Below, one piece after another: positions 51,891-64,000 of a stretch of 64,000 nt of DNA (its first letter is position 1; each line of letters starts with the position of its first letter). Below the pieces are notes generated by a model, which was given only the letters and a program-made list of their open reading frames with translations, was not told where the DNA came from and searched no databases. Source of the DNA: Schmidtea polychroa. Taxonomy: Eukaryota. Location: contig CM097886.1 of NCBI GenBank assembly GCA_044892525.1, positions 125,240,001 to 125,304,000 on the forward strand. The letters are read 5' to 3'. A program made the position numbers and the translations under genes.

Positions 51891-54800
51891 TTAAGGATTA
51901 ACAAAAGTAACAAAAATGTATCTTGTTCCATTTGTAGTTGGTAGGCCTTCATGAATATGAGTTACCCTACCTGGATGCATGAGCACCCACCCTTTTCGGC
52001 TTTGAATTATTGCACAATTATAACGAGCGAATCTTGCACCTCCTCCCTAAATATTAATGTAATTGTCAATAATATAGTTTACAAAATTATAACTTCATAA
52101 TCGATCCCAGGTCGGTTTAGCGCCAAGTTTAAGGTATATGACGCCGAATCATGATGTGGTCGCAGTCGATCTTGTTCTGTTGGTTTATAACGAACCACAA
52201 AATTCATCCGAGCTTTTGGCTAGAAAATCATCAAAGTTCATAAATATTTTTATTTAACTGATAAAATAACTTCGTCATAATAACCGCTGAACAACTTTAT
52301 CTGCATTGGGTATACATACGTCTTAAGAACTTGCATCCAATGTTCCTCCCAATTAATTTGTCTCATGTGTATGTCTCGTGTCGGGACATTTTCATAGCCG
52401 CCTTCTAATCTCGGATCTGTGTTTTTCCCTTCTGACCATTTTCCAAAAAATTCCATTTCCTCAATCAAATGGTTTGCGAACTTATCACTGACAAATGGCC
52501 ACCAAAATACATCTGGACATGGCTGTTCAATGTCTTCCACTTTCACATTTTTATTCACTACCAAACTGTAATTTACATGAATATACTTATCATACCAGTC
52601 CTGAATTTGTCACATGGATGATGAAGTTACAAACGTATCAAAAACAATTGACTCACCAATGGGTTTGAAAAGATTTCCCACAAATCATTGTGAAGGTGCT
52701 CAGTGGTTGTATTTTCTGCATCAATCATGTAGCCAAAATAGTCCTCATTCACGACAAACATAAAAAGATCTTTTTTCCTTAAGTTTCCACTGAAAATCAT
52801 GTCATACTCTAAAGTTTGATATGGTTTGACAGGTGAATATATGTCGTATAGTAGAGGTAGAATTTCGCTTTTTATAGCATACATGCTGGTAATATGTGGG
52901 ACGTTCCAGATTCCTTTTTTCACCCCATTTACTATATCTAAATAATCGAATGATCTCGAATAATAGCCATCTGCTCCTAGAGACCCCCAAAAATTAGACC
53001 ACAACTGTTCTCGGCGGGATAACAAAGGGGCCAAAATTGGTCTGTTGTAGGAAATCAACGTTTGTATTGCGTCCTTTTTAGTAATTTGAACAACAGCATC
53101 TACAAATACAATGAAATCGCATTGAGGTTGTAGACAACTCTTTCTATCGTGATAAATAAAATTTAATTTATATACATCCTGGGACAAATAAATTACATTG
53201 CATCCAATTTACGATCCAATAAGGATTTTTTATCCAAGGAATCGAGATAGATTAAATCTTTATAGAGTGGTTTCGATTTGACTATAAATTCTTTAACCTT
53301 TTTTTCGTGAGTAGGGACCTGTTTNNNNNNNNNNNNNNNNNNNNNNNNNNNNNNNNNNNNNNNNNNNNNNNNNNNNNNNNNNNNNNNNNNNNNNNNNNNN
53401 NNNNNNNNNNNNNNNNNNNNNNNNNNNNNNNNNNNNNNNNNNNNNNNNNNNNNNNNNNNNNNNNNNNNNNNNNNNNNNNNNNNNNNNNNNNNNNNNNNNN
53501 NNNNNNNNNNNNNNNNNNNNNNNNNNNNNNNNNNNNNNNNNNNNNNNNNNNNNNNNNNNNNNNNNNNNNNNNNNNNNNNNNNNNNNNNNNNNNNNNNNNN
53601 NNNNNNNNNNNNNNNNNNNNNNNNNNNNNNNNNNNNNNNNNNNNNNNNNNNNNNNNNNNNNNNNNNNNNNNNNNNNNNNNNNNNNNNNNNNNNNNNNNNN
53701 NNNNNNNNNNNNNNNNNNNNNNNNNNNNNNNNNNNNNNNNNNNNNNNNNNNNNNNNNNNNNNNNNNNNNNNNNNNNNNNNNNNNNNNNNNNNNNNNNNNN
53801 NNNNNNNNNNNNNNNNNNNNNNNNNNNNNNNNNNNNNNNNNNNNNNNNNNNNNNNNNNNNNNNNNNNNTAATAATCAAAAATAAATAACCATACTATGTT
53901 GGAAATCCTCATAATGATCTTTGATTTGGGAAAATCTAGTTCGGTGATTCTCGTGAAAAATTCTGATAGAAAAGGCGTCGGATATTCTATGTAAATAACT
54001 ATCATTACATTCGGTACTTCGTTTGTTTTCGATACGTCGACCGTCATTCTATTTATCAAACATTGCTGGCATCCTCGTTTTGGGTCCCATGTCTTACCAA
54101 GGTAATTTGAAATGGAATTGAAAAATTCCTAAATCCGAAAACATTAATATTTTTTTGAAATATTTTTGAAATCTGCAATTACGATTATGGCTTACTTTAT
54201 GGCCATTAGGTTGCAGAATCATTGGATAAGTATCGGTCTCTAAATTCTGTAGAAACCCTTCTCCTGATTCTGAATTCTCTATTCGTATCTCATCTGAAAT
54301 ATATATTGGTTACGTGACTAATACAAATCAAAGGGTATCTTTGTACTTAATAGCCCGTCAATATTTTGGAAGATCTCAGATCTTGAATCTATTTTCACCT
54401 TAAACCTCTCCTAGAATGCTTGTAATTTGCATTGAAATTTAGATTTATAATTTACTCTTAAGGTTTGATTGATAAAAATTTGTGTGAAAAAATATTGCAA
54501 ATCAGTTATGCTTTTTAGGCTGTCCTCGGTCAGCACTTTGTGCAGTGTATCTGCGTATCCGATTAATCCGACAGCGTTGACGAATCGCTTTTCATTTTCA
54601 TTCACTTCTGGATAAGAATCCTAAATGATAACTTTAATATCGAATAAAATAAAACTTTTAATCCCACGCGTAATTTTTCGTCTGGAAAACAATTCTTGCT
54701 TGCAGAAATAAGAACTCGAGATTCTTTGGAATGAAATTTTGATATTATCTTCAAGCTCGAGTTTAGAAAAAGACTCCCACTATTAATAATGACATTCATA

Positions 54801-55097
54801 ACAATGTAAATATGGTGAAACCTTTTACCTCTCTACAAACAAGACGATTTTGTTACTTTCGTCTTTTAAATTTTCTATGTAATCTTTCATTGCTGATAGC
54901 TTGTTGATTTCTGATAGACTTCCATATTGTTCGATGACCTTCAGGTTGACATCTTGGGATTTCGCCGATGCCTGTTGTCTTTCGATCAGGTTTCCGGGGC
55001 TTTTTTCATAAGTGAATGCGACTAACTCGCCATAACATTCGCCTGTCAAATACAGGCAAAGCGACCAGACAGTTAGCAGATACAAAAAGATTCTCAT
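51891..55097 (-). CDS. PLOD: Procollagen-lysine,2-oxoglutarate 5-dioxygenase (lysyl hydroxylase), 11 exons, 720 aa
   Basis: Exons 55097-54829, 54779-54668, 54620-54456, 54410-54347, 54293-54196, 54128-53895, 53318-53197, 53143-52657, 52600-52271, 52219-52094, 52046-51891 (2163 nt, all GT-AG, phases consistent). Signal peptide; [42 protein letters not shown]...[11 protein letters not shown]. Confidence 0.95.
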
Positions 55098-57366
55098 TAG
55101 ATTTAAACGATGTGGTATTTTTCCCAAATTTATAATGGAGATTTTGTATATATCTAACATACATGCCTACCTGATGCTTTACTTTTACACAAGTGAATGA
55201 CGTCACTAGTATCGGAATATATAGATCATTTCACTTGAACTGGGTCGAATAACATTGTGCACACTTTATAAAAGTTTCCCATAATGAAATAAGAAAAGTC
55301 GATAATAATAATATTTTATTTAATTATATTATTAATTTATTATTTAATTATAATAATTTTCGGCCACGTATTCGATGATTCAAGTGTTGCACAGCTATCA
55401 ATATTGAGGGCACAGAAAAAAATGTGAAACTTTGTTTGTAATGATTGCTGAGATTTGATTGGTTAATTTTTATAAATCAATCGATTTTGCTTAATTATTT
55501 TTAATTAAATTTATTAAGTAAAATTTAGAAATTAAAAAATGATGAATTGAAAAAACGATGTTCAAAATATGATCTATATGGATATTTCACAAATGGTAGA
55601 TGCAAGTAATTCACTTAACCATTCTTCAGGTTAAGCAAAGGGTTGCAAAAGTTGGGAGAAAATCAAAAATTAATTGATAGGTGCTAAAGAGTGAAATCAA
55701 TGGTTGAATTTCGGTTCGCTGTTTTATTAGGCACAAAATGGAAAATATTAATAAAATGCGACAGAAAAATGTCTTATTATTAATGATTACAAACAGCATT
55801 TAGAATTCAAATAATTACAAAGAATAGTTGATTTAATTTTAATTTTAAATATTTCTCACTCTGCAGATTCTTTAGTAAGACAATAAAATCCAAATTAGTA
55901 AGATTTATTGTCAAACAGAAATAACAAGTATTCAATTTTCAAATAACATATGATACTATCAATCCTTTTTTGTTTGAACTAGTCCTGTCAAAGAAATGCA
56001 AATCTGACTCGACACTGATGAATAAAAATCTATCAGAGGACATAAAATATATAAAGGTCAAGTCTATTTAAACTATAGTTACTGCTAGGGCAGTATATAA
56101 AATAACTAGTTTACACACACACACACACACATTCTATATAGTTTTATTAATAAATAAGTACGTCAAATACTACAGATGTAAACTAGCAGAAACCGAATTA
56201 AGAATAGAAAATACCTAAAAATACAACTTCCGATCACAACATGGATTAATAATGTTTGCGACTTGTTTAACAATCGAAGGGTTAGTTCATTTAATGAATA
56301 CATCAGGATATGAAGGTATATTAATATAAACATTGTGTTCATAAAATGAAATTGTTGTGCTGAATTTAGTTAATCTATCAATAAAAGACGTGTCTTCACG
56401 AGCCATCGACATCTCGAATTCAAGATACATCAAAAAAATAAAGGGATTGGAAAACTAATAGAGCTAAGAGAAAGGACAAGGCTAAATTTAAAATTTTGAA
56501 ACCTGATACACCGTATAATTTATGTTTACGGGGGACGTAGAAAAACCAACACTGAAGTGGATATGTAAAATATTAAAAACGCAGCCAATTCCTAAGACAC
56601 TTAAATAAACTTCGACAACTTCCCTAATATGTTCTACGTCAACAAAAAATAGCATAACAACTGCAACTATGTGAAGGAAATATAGCAACACATAAAACAG
56701 AAATGCAAAATCACAAAAAATACACAAGCCTAAACATGTACGTAAAAAATTAATAAAATTATCACCAGGAAAAGTGTTTCAAAAAAAACAATTTAACCAC
56801 GTTGGCCCTTTAATATAATATCATCAAGTATTAGCAATTTTACCCATAGTTACCAGTGTACAAATCTATAAGTAATGGCAACGGCATTTGCACCGAATGG
56901 TCAGAAATGTACCAGGGCATTTTTATTTGGATAAATATGTACACTTGTCTAAGAAAACAATTCAAAATTTTCAAGTATTGTAGTCAAATATGTTAACTAA
57001 AATAAAACGACGTATATCCCATTAATGAAATAATAAATTGCGCAATAATTCATGATTAACCAATAAAATCAAGCCAAAAGGTATTCTGTCCAGAAATTAT
57101 TTTAAATTTAAAATATAAAAAATATGTTTTTTAAATGAAAGCAAAGAGTGTCGGACGACAGAAATAAATTTAATCTTTTATTTTAATAGACACTTCAAAC
57201 TATTTTTGTTTTAATTTTTCACTTTTGTTTTAATTTTTCACTTATTTTAAGATTTGATAAACTTTAGAAATAATTAATAATTTCTCTCAAAACCCTTGTG
57301 AATGCTTGTAAATGTAAGATAAGAGTTTCTGTAAAAGAATGAGAGGTCTTCGTCTTCTTGCTCCTT

Positions 57367-58725
57367 TTATTTATTTTTTATAGTTGAAATCAAGCCTTCA
57401 AGCCGGTTCAGAACATTTGAGATTTCTTCAAACTCTCTCATTGCTCTAATATTTTTTTCCATATTGGTATGAAAAAATTCATTGGAATAATTTCGTAGAT
57501 TATTTTTATAGTTGGGATTCGAGTATTTGATAATCATTCTTAAATTATTTAACAAAGTTTTTACTTTCCAGATACTTTCTTCACGAAAAGAATTCAATTC
57601 TTCGAGATAATATCTAGATTTATTCGAATACAAAATAACCTCAAAACTACCCGCCCAAAATTCTAATATTTCTAGTATTAAATGTGAACTATAGACATAA
57701 ATATAATCTGTTAATATTTCATGACCAACGATAGAAAGATTAGGTATTTGAGATTGATCGAGAAAGAATTCAACTGAGTTCACCAATTTTGTGACAATTT
57801 TAACGATAATTTGGGATTTCTTGTTACGCAATACTTCGAACTCTTCATTTTCACTAGATTCTGATTGGCCAATTTTTATAACTTTCCTATTTTCGGCCGC
57901 CATCCGTGATACGATTCGATTGATTTGACCAATAAATAAATTAGGGTAAAGATATTTTGTGACACTAAAGCAATATGAAATCTTGTCTAAGATCTTTTCA
58001 ATTAATTTGATGCAGGCATTGTTTTCATTATCAAAGTCTGACAGTCTAGGAAAAGAATTTAATAATTGCTCATAATCTGTCTGATCTTTTGGCTCCGCCT
58101 TATCAATAACATTTAATATATATCTAATGTAATTAAATAGTTTTCTTTTAGTATTAATTTGCAATATAACGTGTCTGAGTAGAATATAAATAAAATTAAA
58201 TATTGTCGATCTTTTTAAAGATTCTGTTACCCAGATTATATCACTAAAAATCTCGATACTGGAATAATATTTTAAAATATTTTCCTCCCTTTCAAGATAA
58301 TCTTTAGTTTTTTTATTTAACTCACCCACTGAGATTAATTGTTTGATATCTACCAAAACGTTATTAGAAAAATTGAACAAAAAATCTCCATTATTCCGTA
58401 AGTGCTCGCAATAATTTGTCAAGTTATAAAACAAATTATATAAAATATCAGTGACATGATTATCATTTCCCAGCACTATCAGGCCAATAATATCTTCAAT
58501 CTTTAGAGAAAACTCTTCAGCTCCTGTAATGATGCTAACAGAGGGAATATGTATTCTATCTAATGGGCAAAATGAATTGTCAACCAACCACCCTTTGCAA
58601 CAATCCATGCAAAATGAATGCCCGCAATTTGCCAATTTTGTCCGCATTTTATTGGACATCGATGAATAGCATAATAAACATTCTTGATCGATTTTCATTG
58701 TAAAATATTTCTTTAAAAATTTCAT
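57367..58725 (-). CDS. Intronless RING-finger (C3HC4) protein, putative E3 ubiquitin ligase
   Basis: CLLC...CGHSFCMDCCKGW...CPLDR near the N-terminus of an uninterrupted 452-codon ORF in very AT-rich DNA; the rest looks helical with no recognised motif. Confidence 0.75.
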   Translation of the reverse strand: MKFLKKYFTMKIDQECLLCYSSMSNKMRTKLANCGHSFCMDCCKGWLVDNSFCPLDRIHIPSVSIITGAEEFSLKIEDIIGLIVLGNDNHVTDILYNLFYNLTNYCEHLRNNGDFLFNFSNNVLVDIKQLISVGELNKKTKDYLEREENILKYYSSIEIFSDIIWVTESLKRSTIFNFIYILLRHVILQINTKRKLFNYIRYILNVIDKAEPKDQTDYEQLLNSFPRLSDFDNENNACIKLIEKILDKISYCFSVTKYLYPNLFIGQINRIVSRMAAENRKVIKIGQSESSENEEFEVLRNKKSQIIVKIVTKLVNSVEFFLDQSQIPNLSIVGHEILTDYIYVYSSHLILEILEFWAGSFEVILYSNKSRYYLEELNSFREESIWKVKTLLNNLRMIIKYSNPNYKNNLRNYSNEFFHTNMEKNIRAMREFEEISNVLNRLEGLISTIKNK

Positions 58726-60315
58726 TTGAAATCGATTATCATTTTAATATTTAGTTAACTTCTTTCCAAATCTATTGGGTAAAAATAATAATATATAATT
58801 TAACATAATTTTCTATATAAAAATGAAATAATTCATGAAAATTACAACAGCAAATTTGTTATTTTATTTATTTTTGCTAGTTTATGAAATATTTAAAATT
58901 AATTTTTAAATCAGTTCTCTAATTTTAAATTATTTTATAAATTTTAAAAAATTTGAATCCAATATTTTATCAAAACTTTATAATTAATTTAAAATTTAAA
59001 ATATGATTTCATTTTTAGTATAGCGCTAAATATTTAATTTGATGTGAGTTATTTTTATTTAGCATAACCAATAATATTTGCACACAGATCAATATATCCC
59101 CCACTCAGTCAATGTCAATGCCCTCACAAGTAACTCGGCAGGCTGTCTGACATTCTAAGGCCCTATAAAGAGTGGGTGCGAAATTTAGTTTTAGAAAGCC
59201 TAAATATATTAAATCATATGACAAACATGCCTGGTAATATAAAAATGTTTCGAAGCTACGTAGCTAAACGGGCTGCCCCCCCCCCCCGACATGATCAATA
59301 CATCATACAATTTAATTACAAGTAGAATTGATTTCTCACAGGTAAATTACGATTCTCGTTGTCACTTTTTTAAAATTCAATTTGATAATTAATTTATTTC
59401 ACAATAAAAAAAATATAAATTTTTAAAAGTATTTGAAAATATAAAAATAAAATTTATTTTATATATTCAAAGTTCTAAAATTTTAGGAAAAATGGTCAAT
59501 TTTTTACATGAAATTTAGATTTTGCATTCTGATTTTTATTCACATTTTTATTTTAAATATTTTGGAAAAATATTTGTTTTTAAGGCTTTTTATATGTAAG
59601 TTAGATTATATTTCATCTATTTTCATCCTGACAAAAGATCAATTATTATTTAACATTTAATAACTCTTGGCCAATATTTTTTGTTTCATAGAATTAATTT
59701 CTGAAATTTTTTTCCAAATAAAAATAAATTTTAAAAAGAAAACAAATCAAAAGTGACCAAAAAAATAATAGATTAACTAATTTAAAATTTAATAAAATTA
59801 AATGCTTACAAATATTTATTTTACTTATTATATTTAGTTGATGATTGATTAAAATATGTACGTTATTAATAATTTAAATTAAATAGTTTTAAAATAAAAT
59901 TTAAAAATTTTATTTTACACGTTGATTGCTAAATTGATATGGATAATATAATTTATAGCTTTCGGCGACACCATTGGTAGAACGTAATTTAAACATATTT
60001 TTTCTCTATGAAAACGTGTCCTAGTTTAATTTCATTGAATTCTTCAACGTCTAAACTGGTAAACGATTGTAATAATTCTTCATTGAGCTCCATGATTAAT
60101 GTGATCAAATTCGCATGATTGCTAGAACCATTAATCCAAATATTAGGCGGATTCTTTTTTAATTGGCTAATCACATAAATAATGGTTGACAATTTTTGTT
60201 TGAATTTTTTCTCTAATTCTAAAATTTTAAGCCTTTTCGTTTACTGTATCAATAGTATTTTGTACTTCATCGTTGATTTTGATTAAGGAATTCCATACTT
60301 CGTCTTTATTAGTTA

Positions 60316-60548
60316 CTCCTTCTGTCCAAAAATGATAGTCCAGTTTATATAACAATGTAATTTCTTTTATACGTAACAGTGATACTTAAAATGCAGTTTT
60401 GTTATTTGTTCAATCAATAAAAATTATTTATTGTGTTCTTACTGTAAAAGGTTTTACAAAACCGTTCAATTTTTTATATTCTCTATTGACAATCATTTTT
60501 GGAAAAAGACGAAAATACAAATGGACTACCATTTTTGGACAGAGGGAG
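60316..60548. mobile_element. Tc1/mariner-type (Stowaway-like) MITE, 233 bp
   Basis: TIRs CTCCTTCTGTCCAAAAATGATAGTCCA / TGGACTACCATTTTTGGACAGAGGGAG (2 mismatches in 27), flanked by TA on both sides. Confidence 0.9.
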
Positions 60549-63500
60549 TATTTTTTAGGCACAAACTTCATGCCTTTTTTAAAGTAGTTACATTCTGAAG
60601 CAACCAAATAAAATTCCATTGACAGTTTCATTCCTTGATTATGAAATTTATTCCGAAAAATCCAAATTCTCACTTTCAAATCAAGAACTAAGAATTTTGT
60701 TGAATTGAAGCAGTAAAACATTAGAAAGAAACAAACGAAATTAAAAAATATATATTTGTAAAATAAATATTTGAAGTGACCAACGTGTGAAAATAAATTT
60801 TAAAATAAACCACAAAAATAATTAATTATTTTTTAAAATCTATTAATCAAAATTTAAATTATGTGAAACTTCAAAAAAATTGAAAAAATTAATATTATTT
60901 TGTGTCCATTTTTATGTAAAAAAAGAAGTAAATTAAATTAAATTATATAATTAATTTTATGTTAAATTATTATAACTAACTACACATGAATATTTATTGT
61001 TAACATTACCTTATATTATTTAAATTATATTATATTATTTAAATCTCTAAAATAAATATTAAAAACCTAGCAATCCATATTTTAATTCATTAAAAATTAA
61101 AAAATATTTAAATTTTAAATTGAACTATGCTCCTGTTTTCAGCTTGTTGATGAATTTAAATTTTTTATAAAATAATATTGGTATCCATCAATAAAGACGC
61201 AGCTAAAACAGCAGACAAAAAATGCCGATAGAAAACGGCTTGTACAATTGAGGCTTGAACAATAAATGCTCAGATAAATCTATATCGAATCGTGAATTAG
61301 GTATCTATAACTAGATTCTAAAAAAAGGCATATTGTTTCTAGAAATTTACATAAAGCACTCTCAGAGAGTAAAGTGCTGCCGAAAAATAACTTGTGACAT
61401 TCACATTTATGGACTCAGATTTATCCTCAATATTAATTGATATCCCTAACATGTCTACAGCAAATTGTTTGCATTGTTATTTGAACTTTGCAGCAATTTT
61501 CTGACATCCACCTAACAATATATATAATTAAATTGGTCAACAAACACTTGAAAATGACTGATTCAGGGAGTTGAAGCTCCTTATTCAAGAATTCACTGTT
61601 TTAAAACGATTTTTACCATCATATTGTTGGGCTAGAACCGAGAATTGAGAGTTTGTTTTAATGAAGCGAATATATATAAAATTTATGATCATACACCGGA
61701 TAGTACAAAATAAAGTACATACACATTGAGAATAGATGAAGCACATATAATAAAATCAAGAGACGCAGGAGATTACACTCACAAACACATTTAAGAGAAA
61801 TATCGCATTCGAAAAACCTGCCAACTAGAAAATAACATAATAATAAATGAAATAATTGATAATAAATTAATTAATAATATGAAAAGAAATTTTAAGAAAG
61901 ATTATTTGGTCATATTTACATACAAAAGACTATAATCGAATTTATTAGGAATGTTATTGCTCGTATTTACATACGAAGGAGCTATGACAATGAGTGCATA
62001 CTTTAAGAAAGGAACAGGAAAATTTATTTAAAAATTAAAGGAAACAAAATAAAGAGATAAATACATTTAAAAAATTGAAACTCAAGAATTTCCAGTAGAA
62101 CTGATAAGATAAAAAAATTGAGATAAAATTAGTTGAAATTATGTAAATTATAAAATTTATTAAATCGTTAAAAATAATAAAAATTAAAATAAAATTAATT
62201 AACATTATGTAAATTATAAAGTTTATTGAATTAAATGGTTAAAATTAATGAAAATTAAAATAAAATTAGCTAAAATTATTTAAATTATAAAATTTACAAA
62301 ATTAAATTGTTGAAATTAATAAAAATTAAGTAAATTGATTAATTAAATTAATTTAATTAAATTAAAAATTTTACACACACTCATATATGTGTGTGCCACA
62401 TAATTCAACTGTACTGTATTCTGATTGGATCTAGTAGCAGAGAATACATGGATGCACAGTCAAAATCAGTATAAATACTAATTACAAATTCAGTTGAACA
62501 ACTTGTTTCAGATAGTGAAAACACTTTTTAGACACTCAGTTTTCGGTTTATGTCATCGTGGTATGTTTGAATTGGATTTGGTAATTTTATGCAACGTATA
62601 ATTTTTATGTAATGTTTTAAGTTAATAAACATTTATATTCCATTTAGTTCTAGTTATTTTGTTATTGTTCTTTTTAATTGTTTATTTCTAGTTTAAAGTT
62701 TTATGTTTTGAATTATAGTTACAATGTAGTTGAGATCCAGTATGCCATGGTTTGAGGGACCTTTATGGTTGCTCTTATTTGTAGGTCAGTTGATTTTTCA
62801 GATTCACACGGATTGATCAGGCCAGAATGTGTGGGCTTCTCCACGGGTCCGTCGCCGTAAGTATTTCTAGTGGAACATAGGTTAGAAATAGAAATACAGG
62901 CAGATCCCTGCTCAAAGGTTTTGAAGAATAAGTCTAACATCATCAAGCATTACAGAAAGTATAAAACAACATTTATTAAACTGGAAAATATGGGCGGATC
63001 CCTGGGCAAAGTTTTTGAAGATAACATTAGGAAACATCCAGAAATGAGGACCACAATTGAAGGAATACATGAAAATAATCAAACCACAGTATAGATAATG
63101 AACAATGACGTAAGACATTCTATCAGCAGTCCAGAACCCGAAAATTAAAATATCACGAGTAGTTTTAGCAATAAAGTTCACTTGCTCATGGATCCATTGT
63201 GTACAGCATCAACTTGGTCGTCACCATGGGTACACAGATGGTATAAGCACAATAGTCATGAAGGCATTTAATGAAGGAGTCAGCATCTATAAGTACCCCT
63301 AACACCTTTAAAATTAAATGACACACTCCTAAGCACCAACAATATTCTCATTTTGTTTTGACACGTTTTACAAGAATTATTTACTAAATTGATTTATAAT
63401 TGCCATAATGAACCGTTTCCCATTCACAACTTTGTATTTCTTCTCAAATTATTTGTATTTTGTTATTCATATTAACATTTCTAGAAATGTACTCAAGAAC

Positions 63501-64000
63501 CATTTAGCATTCGGCGTGATATAAAACTTTATATTTGCATTTTATAAAATAGACTCTTTTATTACTTGAGTAGTATGAATTGAGTCCGTTAAAAAAGCTC
63601 TCAACCCTCATTGACGACAACCCCCATATGAGGTGGTGTATACCGAAAATATTTATTTTGTGCTTTTCTCCATTACCCAAACAAATCTTTGAAATCCGTC
63701 GAGATTTCAGAGAAATCAAAATAGAAAACAGCGTGGATTAACATTTAATTTCGGTATACTTCTCCTCGAAAACAGGATTAGGTAGTTCTTTGGTGGTACG
63801 GGCTCACGCCATACTGCGGGTATGGGTTCTAAATAAATTGAAAGTATAGCGAGAAAGAGAAATTGCAATCGATATAGTGCTATGTAAATTCGAAACAGCT
63901 AAATTCAACATTACTTTTGTTGATAGACCAGTCAAGATGGTGAATTTGAAGCTGATATTTTAACAAATGATTATTGGAATAGTGAAAATAATCTCTAATC

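Larger units (their letters stand above)
3218..53868. other. Eight assembly gaps (3218-3451, 13896-14193, 15599-15804, 21767-22167, 40073-40235, 41623-41817, 51602-51756, 53325-53868)
   Basis: Runs of N, several next to (AAT)n/(ATT)n microsatellites. Confidence 0.99.

Noticed and set aside
3112-54059. ORFs containing X runs, and poly-Ile ORFs
   Set aside because: Artefacts of N gaps and (ATT)n microsatellites, except the real PLOD exon segments.
1-64000. CRISPR arrays, rRNA, tRNA or bacterial operons
   Set aside because: None seen; the sequence is eukaryotic with spliceosomal introns.

Overview
Very AT-rich eukaryotic (animal) genomic DNA with eight assembly gaps. The 45-67 nt GT-AG introns, (AAT)n tracts and transposon spectrum suggest an invertebrate such as a planarian flatworm; this is inference, not provable here. 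Two host genes look intact, both on the minus strand: an 11-exon PLOD/lysyl hydroxylase (55097-51891, 720 aa) whose N-terminal glycosyltransferase motifs are degenerate, and an intronless RING-finger ORF (58725-57367). The rest is mostly a transposon graveyard: a near-intact hAT (6789-10246; perfect TIR and TSD, one frameshift), a Buster-type hAT, several MITEs with TIR/TSD, Tigger, Tc1 and Ty3/gypsy relics, and a Polinton/adintovirus-type protein-primed PolB fragment. Most notable, and missed by the ORF track: (1) a dispersed, mostly broken array of Ig-like exon modules (at least five A-type and three B-type copies on both strands, plus a candidate Ig+transmembrane exon); (2) a minimal hammerhead ribozyme at 51149-51190; (3) a five-copy hairpin repeat with compensatory base changes; (4) a decayed DEDDh-exonuclease-like relic. 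All alignments and translations were done by eye; no database searches were run.
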